From Hyalangium gracile (GTDB lineage Bacteria; Myxococcota; Myxococcia; Myxococcales; Myxococcaceae): a DNA stretch of 64,000 nucleotides. Positions 1-11,988 of this stretch are shown here, one piece after another. How positions within the stretch are numbered: position 1 is the stretch's first letter; each line of letters begins with the position of its first letter. The stretch covers positions 36,337-100,336 of the forward strand of contig NZ_JAHXBG010000030.1 in assembly GCF_020103725.1 (NCBI RefSeq). Direction: 5' to 3'. The notes beneath the pieces were generated by a model, which did not search any database, was not told where the DNA came from, and saw only the letters and a program-made list of their open reading frames with translations. The translations under genes were made by a program, and so were the position numbers.

Positions 1-448
1 TCGAGGCGTCGCTGCGCGAGGGCTTCACGATGAGCGGGAACTCCAGATCGCCATTGGTCTCCACGGTGACGCCATCGAAGGTGGCGAAGTCCGCGGTGGG
101 GATCTCGTGGTACTCCAGCAGCTGCTTGGTGAGGATCTTGTCCTGCGCCAGCAGCAGCCCCGCCGTCCCCGAGCCGGTGAACTTCACCCGCGCCATCTCC
201 ATCAGCGCCGCGACGTTCACCTCCATCCGGTAGTCCTCGGCGAACGTCTCGCAGAGGTTGAACACCAGGTCGCACTTCGAGCGCTCGATCTCCTGGAGGA
301 TGTCGAAGACGCGATCACTCACCGCCACGGTGGAGACTTCATGCCCCAGCTGTCGCAGGGACTCGCCCACCTGAGTGACGACGGCATCCACCGGCTCTCC
401 GTCCGGCTGATAGTGAAGGATGGCGATCTTCAGGGGAGGTACCGGCAT
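1..448 (-). CDS. ATP-grasp family protein, N-terminal part (D-alanine--D-alanine ligase-like); 3' end lies outside the window
   Basis: Reverse-strand translation from the ATG at 448 gives MPVPPLKIAILHYQPDGEP...FPLIVKPSRSDAS. This resembles the Ddl-type N-domain and the start of the ATP-grasp fold. The ORF track omits it because there is no stop codon before the window edge. Confidence 0.5.
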   Translation of the reverse strand, partial: MPVPPLKIAILHYQPDGEPVDAVVTQVGESLRQLGHEVSTVAVSDRVFDILQEIERSKCDLVFNLCETFAEDYRMEVNVAALMEMARVKFTGSGTAGLLLAQDKILTKQLLEYHEIPTADFATFDGVTVETNGDLEFPLIVKPSRSDAS

Positions 449-523
449 GACAAAAGTGTAAGGCGTCATGCCGCCATGTGCATCCAGGCACTGGGGCGCT
501 CCCGCACTTTTTGCCCGCCGGCC

Positions 524-1591
524 TCAGTCCACTTCGAAGAAGCGGTCCGTATAGAGGTAGTTCATCGCCAGCGCCGTCACCAGTGAGGTGAGCTTGGTGA
601 GGTACTCGCGCGTCTTGTCCAGGTGGATGGCCAGCCGCAGCGCCACGGCGCGCTCGAGCAGGTGGTCCACCAGCGCCACCACCACCGGGCGGCCCACGCC
701 GCTGTACTGGGTGACGGACTGGATGAGGGACTGGCGCTCGGCGCGAATGAGCGTCTCCGCGCTGGCCGGCGCGGTGTCCGGCGGCTCGAACAGCCCGAGC
801 AGATCCTGGTCCAGGTGCTCGCGCAAGGACAGCTCCACGCGCTCCTCGAGCTGGCGCTGGCGGTAGTGATCGAGGACCGTCTCCTCCATGTCCTCCACGT
901 CGAGGTCCCGCTCGGCCAGCTGCACCAGCTGCGGCGCGCGGCCCAGGCGCTTCATCACCTCGTCCACGTACTGGAGCTTCTTGAGCGCGCCCCAGCCCGT
1001 GTACCGCCTGGCCCAGTCCAGCCCCGGGGTGAGCCACACGGCGAACGTCTCGGCGAAGTCCTCGTCCGGGTGCTTCTGCGCGTACCAGCCGCTGATGTGC
1101 ACCACGTACTTGCGGCTGAACGGCTGCGGCTTGTAGTTCTCCTGGTAGGGCTTGGAGTAGTCCCCGAAGATCTTCCGCCACTCGTCCGTGTCGTAGAGCT
1201 TGTAGGCGTAGTTGAACGCGTGCCCGGCCTCGTGGCGCAGGTACATGAGGATCTCGCGCTCCGTCTCCGCCTCGCCGCCCAGCTCCGCCTCGATGGAGTG
1301 CAGCCGAGGGTCCGCCAGGTAGAACGGCAGCCCGATCACCGGCACTCCGGACGGGCAGCCCCACTGATCCGACAGGTAGCACTCGGGCCGGAAGGAGATG
1401 CCCTTGGCCTCCAGCTCGGCGTAGAGCTGGTGGATGTAGCGCTCCAGGGCCGTGCCCTTGAGGTGGAGCTTGAGGTCCTTGATTCGCGCCTGGAGCAGCG
1501 CCTCGCGCTCGGGCCGGCGTGGTGAGTCGGCCGCCTCGTGCGGGTCGGCCAGCGTCTTTTCGCGGAAGGTGATCTGGGAGGAAGAGAGCAT
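524..1591 (-). CDS. hypothetical protein with HExxH (HEAGH) motif, putative zinc-dependent peptidase-like
   Basis: 355 aa ORF containing RHEAGHAF. It sits immediately upstream of the partial ATP-grasp gene on the same strand. Confidence 0.55.
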   Translation of the reverse strand: MLSSSQITFREKTLADPHEAADSPRRPEREALLQARIKDLKLHLKGTALERYIHQLYAELEAKGISFRPECYLSDQWGCPSGVPVIGLPFYLADPRLHSIEAELGGEAETEREILMYLRHEAGHAFNYAYKLYDTDEWRKIFGDYSKPYQENYKPQPFSRKYVVHISGWYAQKHPDEDFAETFAVWLTPGLDWARRYTGWGALKKLQYVDEVMKRLGRAPQLVQLAERDLDVEDMEETVLDHYRQRQLEERVELSLREHLDQDLLGLFEPPDTAPASAETLIRAERQSLIQSVTQYSGVGRPVVVALVDHLLERAVALRLAIHLDKTREYLTKLTSLVTALAMNYLYTDRFFEVD

Positions 1592-1701
1592 CGGGTCCCC
1601 GGAGGGCCTCGGAGTGTAGCGATGAGGCCTTCGGGGTAAATTGGCTCGCTTCCTACTGCATGCAAATGCTTGAAATGACTGAGTAATATGGCCTCAAACG
1701 A

Positions 1702-1714
1702 CCCCTCGAAGGGG
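1702..1714 (-). terminator. weak hairpin (CCCCTCGAAGGGG) downstream of the PEGA kinase gene
   Basis: 5-bp GC stem with a 3-nt loop and a short T-containing tail on the minus strand. Marginal. Confidence 0.2.
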
Positions 1715-1759
1715 CGCCGGGAGGCCATTCTGGCGAGTGTGTCAGTGTGCGCCCGCTGA

Positions 1760-3556
<1,797 letters not shown>

Positions 3557-3604
3557 ACAGGCCGTTCCCGAAGGGGCTCCGGGCTGTTACATCCCCCAGC
3601 CGCC

Positions 3605-5581
<1,977 letters not shown>

Positions 5582-5620
5582 CACGGTTGAGACGGCTCCC
5601 TGAAGCTCCTCGTAGAGTGA

Positions 5621-6448
5621 GTGCTGGGGCTTCAACGCCTGAAGGGAGGGTCTATCAACTTGCGTGGAGCCAGGATCCGCCCTGCCTTGCAGCTCATGGC
5701 TCCCGTGCTCTTGCTTTCCCTGTCATGCACTGGCGCCAGGCTCTACTACGTGCACAGTGAGGTGCCCAAGCTGGAGGGAAAGTGGGCTGTGGGCCCTGGA
5801 CCCTGGCCAGCAGTGCCTGCGGTGATCTCGGACGGGTCCTCTGTCCCCGATGCCTTGGTGCTGTCGGCTCTCAAGGCGTTGATGGCGCTACCTGGGGCAG
5901 CGGATTCCTGCGATGCGTGGGGGCAGCCACGTCCCGACGCGGCCGAGTACTGCATTGCAACCTATCGGACACCGCGGGACTGGCGTGTGACGTGGCCCAT
6001 CCGGAATCTGGTGGATGCGGCGAGCGCGTGCAGACCTCCTTTCGGCGGTGTCGAAGATGCGGACTTTGGACGAGACCTGCCCGTGTTTGGCTATGCCCAC
6101 AACCACACCTGCGGACTCTTCGCGAGCAGCACGGACCTGATGAGGTTTCCTGCCGCGAGAGCTCCGACAGGGGCATGGGTGGTCGTAGGGTATGCGACGG
6201 CTCCCAGCGGCGGGTTGGCCCGTGATTCACAAGGGGAGCTGATTCCAGCATGGCATTGGCTCGCCACGGGACATGCGACCGAGCCTCGGTTCTACAAGTG
6301 GAACCCAGCGGGCGAAGTCTTCAAATGGAGCGAGAACGGGGGACGTTGGGAGTTTCAGGCGATCTGCAAACCTGAGTCGTCCACTCTCCTCGAGGCTGAT
6401 CGCGCCCTCGCGCCAAACTGCACTCCTGCGTTGACAGACTGGTACTGA
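5621..6448 (+). CDS. hypothetical lipoprotein or secreted protein
   Basis: Signal peptide with an LSLSC lipobox-like motif; Trp-rich; no recognisable domain; slightly lower GC than the flanks. Confidence 0.45.
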   Translation: MLGLQRLKGGSINLRGARIRPALQLMAPVLLLSLSCTGARLYYVHSEVPKLEGKWAVGPGPWPAVPAVISDGSSVPDALVLSALKALMALPGAADSCDAWGQPRPDAAEYCIATYRTPRDWRVTWPIRNLVDAASACRPPFGGVEDADFGRDLPVFGYAHNHTCGLFASSTDLMRFPAARAPTGAWVVVGYATAPSGGLARDSQGELIPAWHWLATGHATEPRFYKWNPAGEVFKWSENGGRWEFQAICKPESSTLLEADRALAPNCTPALTDWY

Positions 6449-6461
6449 GTCAGGACTTCTT

Positions 6462-6998
6462 GTGGGTGGTTCTATGTTGAGACCTCATCTTTTGATTCTG
6501 CTCGGTTCGCTCTTGAGGGATGGCGGAGTGGGCGCGCCGCAACCCAGCTCCACGGGACCGGACGCAGGGATGATGGCGGCTCCAGCTCGCCCGTCAGAGG
6601 CTGATGCAGGGGTTGGGGCAGACCCGGCGCTTGCCTCGGAACGAGATGGTGGGGCTGTTGTGCGCAAGCCTGTCATCGCGGGAGGCATTCGTTGGCCAAC
6701 CGAAGTGCGGACTCTGGCCACGTTGGACGGGCCCGCTGTCCTTGCTGCTCATGCCGCGATGCAGCAGGTGCTGACACGTCTCGCGAAGAATTACTCGGGG
6801 GAGTGTGAGACCTCTGCCAAGGCCATGGAGGTGATCGTCGGCGAGGGTGACGGAATGTATATCGTCCGTATCAATCAACGCGTCGACAAGTGCGGATGGG
6901 TGGCTCCCCCCGGATTCAGCACCGAGACCGACTGGTTCGAGCTGTATGCCGTCTCTCCAGAAGGGAAAGTCCTCGCGCGCTATCCCTATCACCCCTGA
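6462..6998 (+). CDS. hypothetical secreted protein
   Basis: Hydrophobic N-terminal signal (LLILLGSLL); no recognisable domain. Confidence 0.4.
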   Translation: MGGSMLRPHLLILLGSLLRDGGVGAPQPSSTGPDAGMMAAPARPSEADAGVGADPALASERDGGAVVRKPVIAGGIRWPTEVRTLATLDGPAVLAAHAAMQQVLTRLAKNYSGECETSAKAMEVIVGEGDGMYIVRINQRVDKCGWVAPPGFSTETDWFELYAVSPEGKVLARYPYHP

Positions 6999-7014
6999 AA
7001 CGATTTGAAGGCGC

Positions 7015-8376
7015 TCACTTCGACTTGAGCTGCGCGGCAGGGGGGCTCGCGGGCTGGATGGGCTGCGGCTCTCCTCCCAGCCTCCAGGCCAGGAGCCCAC
7101 CTCCGGCAAGAAGCAGCCCCACGCAGGCAAGGGCCCACGCCAGCCCGGTCTTCTGGTGCGGCCTGAAGACCGCTCGGGCGGGCAGGGTCTCCGCCTCGGA
7201 GTCGACGGACTGGGTCGGTCTCGGAGCGGGCCTCGGCTTGGGCGCCGTGCTGACCCCGAGCTTCCCGGCGGACTCCACCTTCGTGATGGCCAGCCCCGGC
7301 CGAGGCGGCGGAGACATGCGCCGCGGTATCGGAACGAGCACCTCCCGGGGCGCCGGCGGAGGCGTGACCCTGGGCGCCGGAGGAAGCGTCTCCGTCTCGC
7401 TGGGCGGCGGAGGCGGTGTGGCGCGCGGCGGCTCGCTCGGTGGGGCCGGCGGCTCCTCCACCTTCACCTCGAGCATCTTCGACACGAAGTTCGCGGTCCG
7501 GTGCACGCCCACCTTCTTCCCGGTGGACAGCAGGTAGTCCTCCAGATCCGACAGGAACGCGCGGCAGTCCGCGTAGCGCTGATCCCGATCCTTGGCGAGC
7601 GCACGATCCAGGATCCGCGCCACCGCCTGGGGCAGATCCGGCCGCCGCTGCAACACCGGCACGGGCGGCTCGAAGAGGATGGCCTGCGCCATGCTGGCTT
7701 CCGTCGTCGCGTTGAACGGCTTGCGGCCGGTGAGCAGCTCGTAGAACACGACGCCCAGCGAGTACACGTCCACCCGCAGGTCCAGCGGCATGGCCCGGAT
7801 CTGCTCGGGCGCCATGTACGAGAGCTTGCCCTTGATGACCCCGGTCAGCGTCCGGTGGCTCTGGTTGGCCGCCTTGGCGATGCCGAAGTCCACGATCTTC
7901 AGCCCGCCCTCGCGCGACAGCAGGATGTTGTCCAGGCTCACGTCCCGGTGGATGAGCTCCAGCGGCTGCCCCGTCTCCGGCTCCCGGAGCGCATGGGCGA
8001 AGGCCAGCCCCTCGCACGCCATCGCGATCAGCTTCGCGCACAGCACCGGCGACAGCGCCATCTTCAGCGAGTTCACCCGCTTCATGAGCGCGCGCAGGTT
8101 CAGCCCGTCGATGTACTCCATCGCCAGGTAGTACGTGCCGTCGGCCTGGCCGAAGTCGAAGATCTGGACGATGTGCGGGTGATTGAGGCGAGCCGCCAGC
8201 CGGGCCTCGGTGAAGAACATCTCCACGAAGCCCCGGTCCTCCGCCAGGTGCGGCAGGACGCGCTTGACGACCACCTCTTTCTCGAACCCCATGGGGCCCG
8301 CGACCTTGGCCAGGTAGACCTCGGCCATACCCCCGGTGGCGAGCTTGCGGACGAGCTGGTACTTGCCGACTTGCAT
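7015..8376 (-). CDS. Ser/Thr protein kinase, membrane-anchored
   Basis: Start at MQVGKYQLV. Hanks motifs [21 protein letters not shown] and APE; Pro-rich linker; C-terminal TM helix. Confidence 0.85.
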   Translation of the reverse strand: MQVGKYQLVRKLATGGMAEVYLAKVAGPMGFEKEVVVKRVLPHLAEDRGFVEMFFTEARLAARLNHPHIVQIFDFGQADGTYYLAMEYIDGLNLRALMKRVNSLKMALSPVLCAKLIAMACEGLAFAHALREPETGQPLELIHRDVSLDNILLSREGGLKIVDFGIAKAANQSHRTLTGVIKGKLSYMAPEQIRAMPLDLRVDVYSLGVVFYELLTGRKPFNATTEASMAQAILFEPPVPVLQRRPDLPQAVARILDRALAKDRDQRYADCRAFLSDLEDYLLSTGKKVGVHRTANFVSKMLEVKVEEPPAPPSEPPRATPPPPPSETETLPPAPRVTPPPAPREVLVPIPRRMSPPPRPGLAITKVESAGKLGVSTAPKPRPAPRPTQSVDSEAETLPARAVFRPHQKTGLAWALACVGLLLAGGGLLAWRLGGEPQPIQPASPPAAQLKSK

Positions 8377-8525
8377 CCCGGGCAACCTCGATCCGGGATC
8401 GCCAGACCGCGACCCCCGCTCACGCACGAACCGTGTGCACTGTCCGTGTCAGCACAGGACGAGTGACTCCGGCCGGACGGATCCGGCTGGCTCATCCTGG
8501 CCGTGCCATTTCTCGAGAAACGGCA

Positions 8526-9572
8526 TCAACTCCGCAGGCCCACCGACGGCATCGCTCCGGCGAGCGCGCGCATGGCCGCGGCCATCGCCTCGACCGTCAG
8601 CGACGTCTCCGAGGCGCCCATGCGGAGCGCCGCCTCGGGCATGTTGGAGACGACACATGTCTCCGGGTGCTGCACGAGCGCCATGCCCCCGGCGCGACGG
8701 ATGGCCAGCAGCCCCGAGGCGCCATCCATGCCCATGCCCGTGAGCACCGCGCCCCCGGCCCGGCTCCCATGGGCTCGGGCCAGCGACATCAGCAGCGTGT
8801 CTCCCACCGAGACGTGGCGCCCGTGGATCGGCTCCACCAGCAGATCTCCCGAGCTGAGCACCTGCAGCTGGTGCCCATCCGGAGGCAGGTACACGTGGCC
8901 CGCCTGCGGCTTCAGGCCCGTGCGCGCCAGCACCAGCTCCAGCGGAGAGGCCGCGGCCAGCCACTGGCGCAGGCCCGAGGTGAAGCCCACCGAGACGTGC
9001 TGGGCGATGAACACCGGATAGGGGAGGCTCGGGGGCAGCAGCGACAGCAGCATCGCCAGCGCGGGCGGCCCTCCGGTCGCGGCCACCAGTCCGAAACCGT
9101 TCACCCGCCCGCTCCGCAGGGCAGGGGGAGGCACCGGCTGGCCGATGAGCGGCCTGCGTGGGGACAGCGGTATCTCCGCCATGGCGCGGATGGTGTTGAT
9201 GAGCTGCGAGCCGAAGCCCGACAGGCCCCCGTCCTTGCCCGGCGTCGGCTTGGGCATCACCTCGAGCGCCCCGGCCTGCAGCGCCTTGAAGGACATCTCC
9301 GCGTCCATCGCGCCGGAGATGACGAGGATGCGGCTGGGCGCCTCGGCCATGATGCGCTCGGTGGCGTCGATGCCGTCCATCCGCGGCATCCGCACATCGA
9401 GCGTCACCACATCCGGCCGGAGCGACTGGGCCAGCGCCACCGCCTCTTTTCCATCGTTGGCGGTGCCGACGATGCGGATGTCCGGGGCCGGGGCCAGCAG
9501 TCCGGTGAACATCCGCAGGATGGTGGGAGAGTCATCAGCAAGGAGGACCTGGATCGGCTTGTTCATGTGCAC
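8526..9572 (-). CDS. CheB-like response regulator / methylesterase, paralog 1
   Basis: REC domain (DDSPT...TLDVRMPRMDG) followed by a CheB methylesterase domain (IAQHVS, GMGMDG). The position equivalent to the catalytic Ser reads AATGG. Confidence 0.85.
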   Translation of the reverse strand: MHMNKPIQVLLADDSPTILRMFTGLLAPAPDIRIVGTANDGKEAVALAQSLRPDVVTLDVRMPRMDGIDATERIMAEAPSRILVISGAMDAEMSFKALQAGALEVMPKPTPGKDGGLSGFGSQLINTIRAMAEIPLSPRRPLIGQPVPPPALRSGRVNGFGLVAATGGPPALAMLLSLLPPSLPYPVFIAQHVSVGFTSGLRQWLAAASPLELVLARTGLKPQAGHVYLPPDGHQLQVLSSGDLLVEPIHGRHVSVGDTLLMSLARAHGSRAGGAVLTGMGMDGASGLLAIRRAGGMALVQHPETCVVSNMPEAALRMGASETSLTVEAMAAAMRALAGAMPSVGLRS

Positions 9573-9728
9573 CTCGGGGGACCGACGAGTGCGCAGCGGA
9601 GAGGGTACGGAGCCTACTTGATGGATTCTACCCGCTGTCCAGCCACAAGCCTACGCCTCGGGTAGTATTGCGTCCCGCCCGGAGGCCACGAGGGTGTCCT
9701 CCGGGGAACGCCGAGGCGAGGGTTCTCC

Positions 9729-10778
9729 TCAGTTCTTGACGGTGGGAGTCGCCGGAGCCGCGCCGGAGAGCGCGCGCATGGCCGAGGCCAGGCCCTCCAG
9801 GGACAGCAGCGTCTCGGTGGCGCCGTTGCGCGTCGCCGCCTCGGGCATGCCGGGGACGACGCAGCTCTCCGGCGTCTGCGCGAAGGTGATGCCGCCCGCG
9901 CGGCGGATGGCCAGCAGCCCCGAGGCCCCATCCGAGCCCATGCCCGTGAGCACCGCGCCGCCGGCCCGGTTGCCGTAGGCGAGCGCCAGCGAGGCCAGCA
10001 GCGTGTCCCCGAGCGCCGTCTTCGCCGCCGGGATGGGCTCCACCAGCAGCTCCCCGCCCAGCGTCACCTGCAACTGGTGCCCGTCCGGCGGCAGGTACAC
10101 GTGGCCCGCCTGCGGACGGACGCCCGTCTGCGCCACCTCGAGCCGCAGCGTGGAGGCCGCGCCCAGCCACTGGCACAGGCCCGCGGTGAAGCCGTCCGAC
10201 ACGTGCTGGGCGATGAAGATGGGGTAGGGGAGCTTCGGAGGCAGCAGCGACAGCAGCAGGCAGAGCGCGGGCGGACCTCCCGTGGAGGCCACCAGCCCGA
10301 AGCCGTTGACCCGTCCCTGGGGCGCCACCGTTGGCGCCGCCGCCGCCGGCTGGGTGGGAGGCGTGGGCCGGCGCTCGGCCAGCGGCAGCTCCGCCATGGT
10401 GCGGATGATGTGGATCAGCTTCACGCCGAAGTTGGCCAGGCCCTCCAGGCCCGGCCGCGGCTTGGGCATCACCTCGAGCGCCCCGGCCTGCAGCGCCTTG
10501 AAGGACATCTCCGCATCCACCGCGCCGGAGATGACGAGGATGCGGCTGGGCGCCTCGCTCATGATGCGCGAGCTGGCCTCGATGCCATCCATCCGCGGCA
10601 TGCGGACATCCAGGGTGATGACATCCGGGTGGAGCGTGCGCGCCAGCTCCAGGGCCTCAGCCCCATCCTTCGCGGTGCCGATGACCTGGATGTCCGGAGC
10701 CGAAGACAGGAGCGCCGAGTACATCTTCAGCATGGTGGGCGAGTCGTCCGCGATGAGGACTCGGATGGTGGAGCTCAT
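9729..10778 (-). CDS. CheB-like response regulator / methylesterase, paralog 2
   Basis: REC plus methylesterase domain with the Ser, His and Asp positions intact (ASTGG, AQHVS, GMGSDG). Confidence 0.85.
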   Translation of the reverse strand: MSSTIRVLIADDSPTMLKMYSALLSSAPDIQVIGTAKDGAEALELARTLHPDVITLDVRMPRMDGIEASSRIMSEAPSRILVISGAVDAEMSFKALQAGALEVMPKPRPGLEGLANFGVKLIHIIRTMAELPLAERRPTPPTQPAAAAPTVAPQGRVNGFGLVASTGGPPALCLLLSLLPPKLPYPIFIAQHVSDGFTAGLCQWLGAASTLRLEVAQTGVRPQAGHVYLPPDGHQLQVTLGGELLVEPIPAAKTALGDTLLASLALAYGNRAGGAVLTGMGSDGASGLLAIRRAGGITFAQTPESCVVPGMPEAATRNGATETLLSLEGLASAMRALSGAAPATPTVKN

Positions 10779-10857
10779 GTACGCCTCGACGAGAGGGAAC
10801 GAGTGTGGCCAGCGGACCGTCTCATGCCTTGAACGGTCCGTCCTGGCCAGAGCAGAG

Positions 10858-11895
10858 TCAGATGCCCGGGGGAGAGCCCGGCGGGGGCATGCCCTCGAGC
10901 GAGCGGAGAATGGTGGCCAGCGCCTCCGGAGACACGGAGTGCTCGGTGGCCTTGTTGCGCAGCGCCGCCTCCGGCATGCCCGCCACCAGACACGTCTGCG
11001 GATCCTGCGCGAAGGTGAGACCGCCGGCGCGCTTGATGGCCATCAGGCCCACCGCGCCCTCCTCGCCCATGCCGCTGAGCACCGCGCCCGCCGCGTGGGC
11101 GCCATAGGCGCGTGACAGGGACGCCAGGAGCAGATCCCCCGAGGGGAAGGTGCTGCCGGAGGCCTTCTCGATGACGATCTCCCCCTGCATGCCCACCCTC
11201 AGGTGGTGGCCGTCCGGGGCCAGGTAGACGGTGCCGGCGCGGGGCTGCTCGGAGGCGCGGGCGATCTCCACCGGCAGCGGCGACAGCGAGGACAGCCAGC
11301 GGTGCAGGCCCACGGTGAAGCCCGGGGTGATGTGCTGGGCGATGAAGAGCGGGTAGGGCAGGCTGCGCGGCAGCAGCCACAGCAGCGAGGCCAGCGCCGT
11401 GGGGCCGCCGATGGACGAGGCCAGCGCGAAGCCCGCCACGCGCGCGTTCTCCGGCAGCTTGGGCGCGGTGGAGCGGCCCTCGTGGCGCTGGGTGACGAGC
11501 GGCACCTCCGCCAGCAGGCGGATGGCCGACAGCAGCCGCACGCCGAAGCGCGCCACGTCCTCGGGCGCGCCCTGCGGCTTGGCGATCACCTCCAGCGCTC
11601 CGGCCTGCAGCGCGCGGAAGGACAGGTCCGTGTCCGGCGCGCCGGACACCATGAGGATGCGGCAGGGCGTCTCCGCCATGATGCGCTCGGTGGCCCCCAG
11701 GCCATCCATGCCGGGCATCTGCACGTCCAGGGTGATGACGTCTGGCTTGAGCGAGCGCGCCAGCTTCACCGCCTCCTCTCCGTCGCGTGCGGTCCCCACC
11801 ACGGTCACGTCCGGTTGGGCCGACAGCAACCGCGTGAGGACCTGCAGCATCGTGGGGGAATCGTCGGTGAGAAGGACTTGAATCGGCTTGCTCAT
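10858..11895 (-). CDS. CheB-like response regulator / methylesterase, paralog 3
   Basis: Start at MSKPIQVLL. REC plus methylesterase domain with ASSIGG, AQHIT and GMGEEG (Asp position replaced by Glu). Confidence 0.8.
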   Translation of the reverse strand: MSKPIQVLLTDDSPTMLQVLTRLLSAQPDVTVVGTARDGEEAVKLARSLKPDVITLDVQMPGMDGLGATERIMAETPCRILMVSGAPDTDLSFRALQAGALEVIAKPQGAPEDVARFGVRLLSAIRLLAEVPLVTQRHEGRSTAPKLPENARVAGFALASSIGGPTALASLLWLLPRSLPYPLFIAQHITPGFTVGLHRWLSSLSPLPVEIARASEQPRAGTVYLAPDGHHLRVGMQGEIVIEKASGSTFPSGDLLLASLSRAYGAHAAGAVLSGMGEEGAVGLMAIKRAGGLTFAQDPQTCLVAGMPEAALRNKATEHSVSPEALATILRSLEGMPPPGSPPGI

Positions 11896-11988
11896 TCGGT
11901 TCTCCGAACTCCAAACTCCAGGTGGGTTTCTACCCCAGGGGTGGGCCGCTCGCCTACGACTCACCGTGTAGCAGTGTATCAAGCGCGC

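Noticed and set aside
8526-11895. Possible repeat array or CRISPR because of three similar tandem units
   Set aside because: The units are 1 kb protein-coding paralogs (CheB-like), not short direct repeats with spacers. No CRISPR-like periodicity was seen anywhere in the window.
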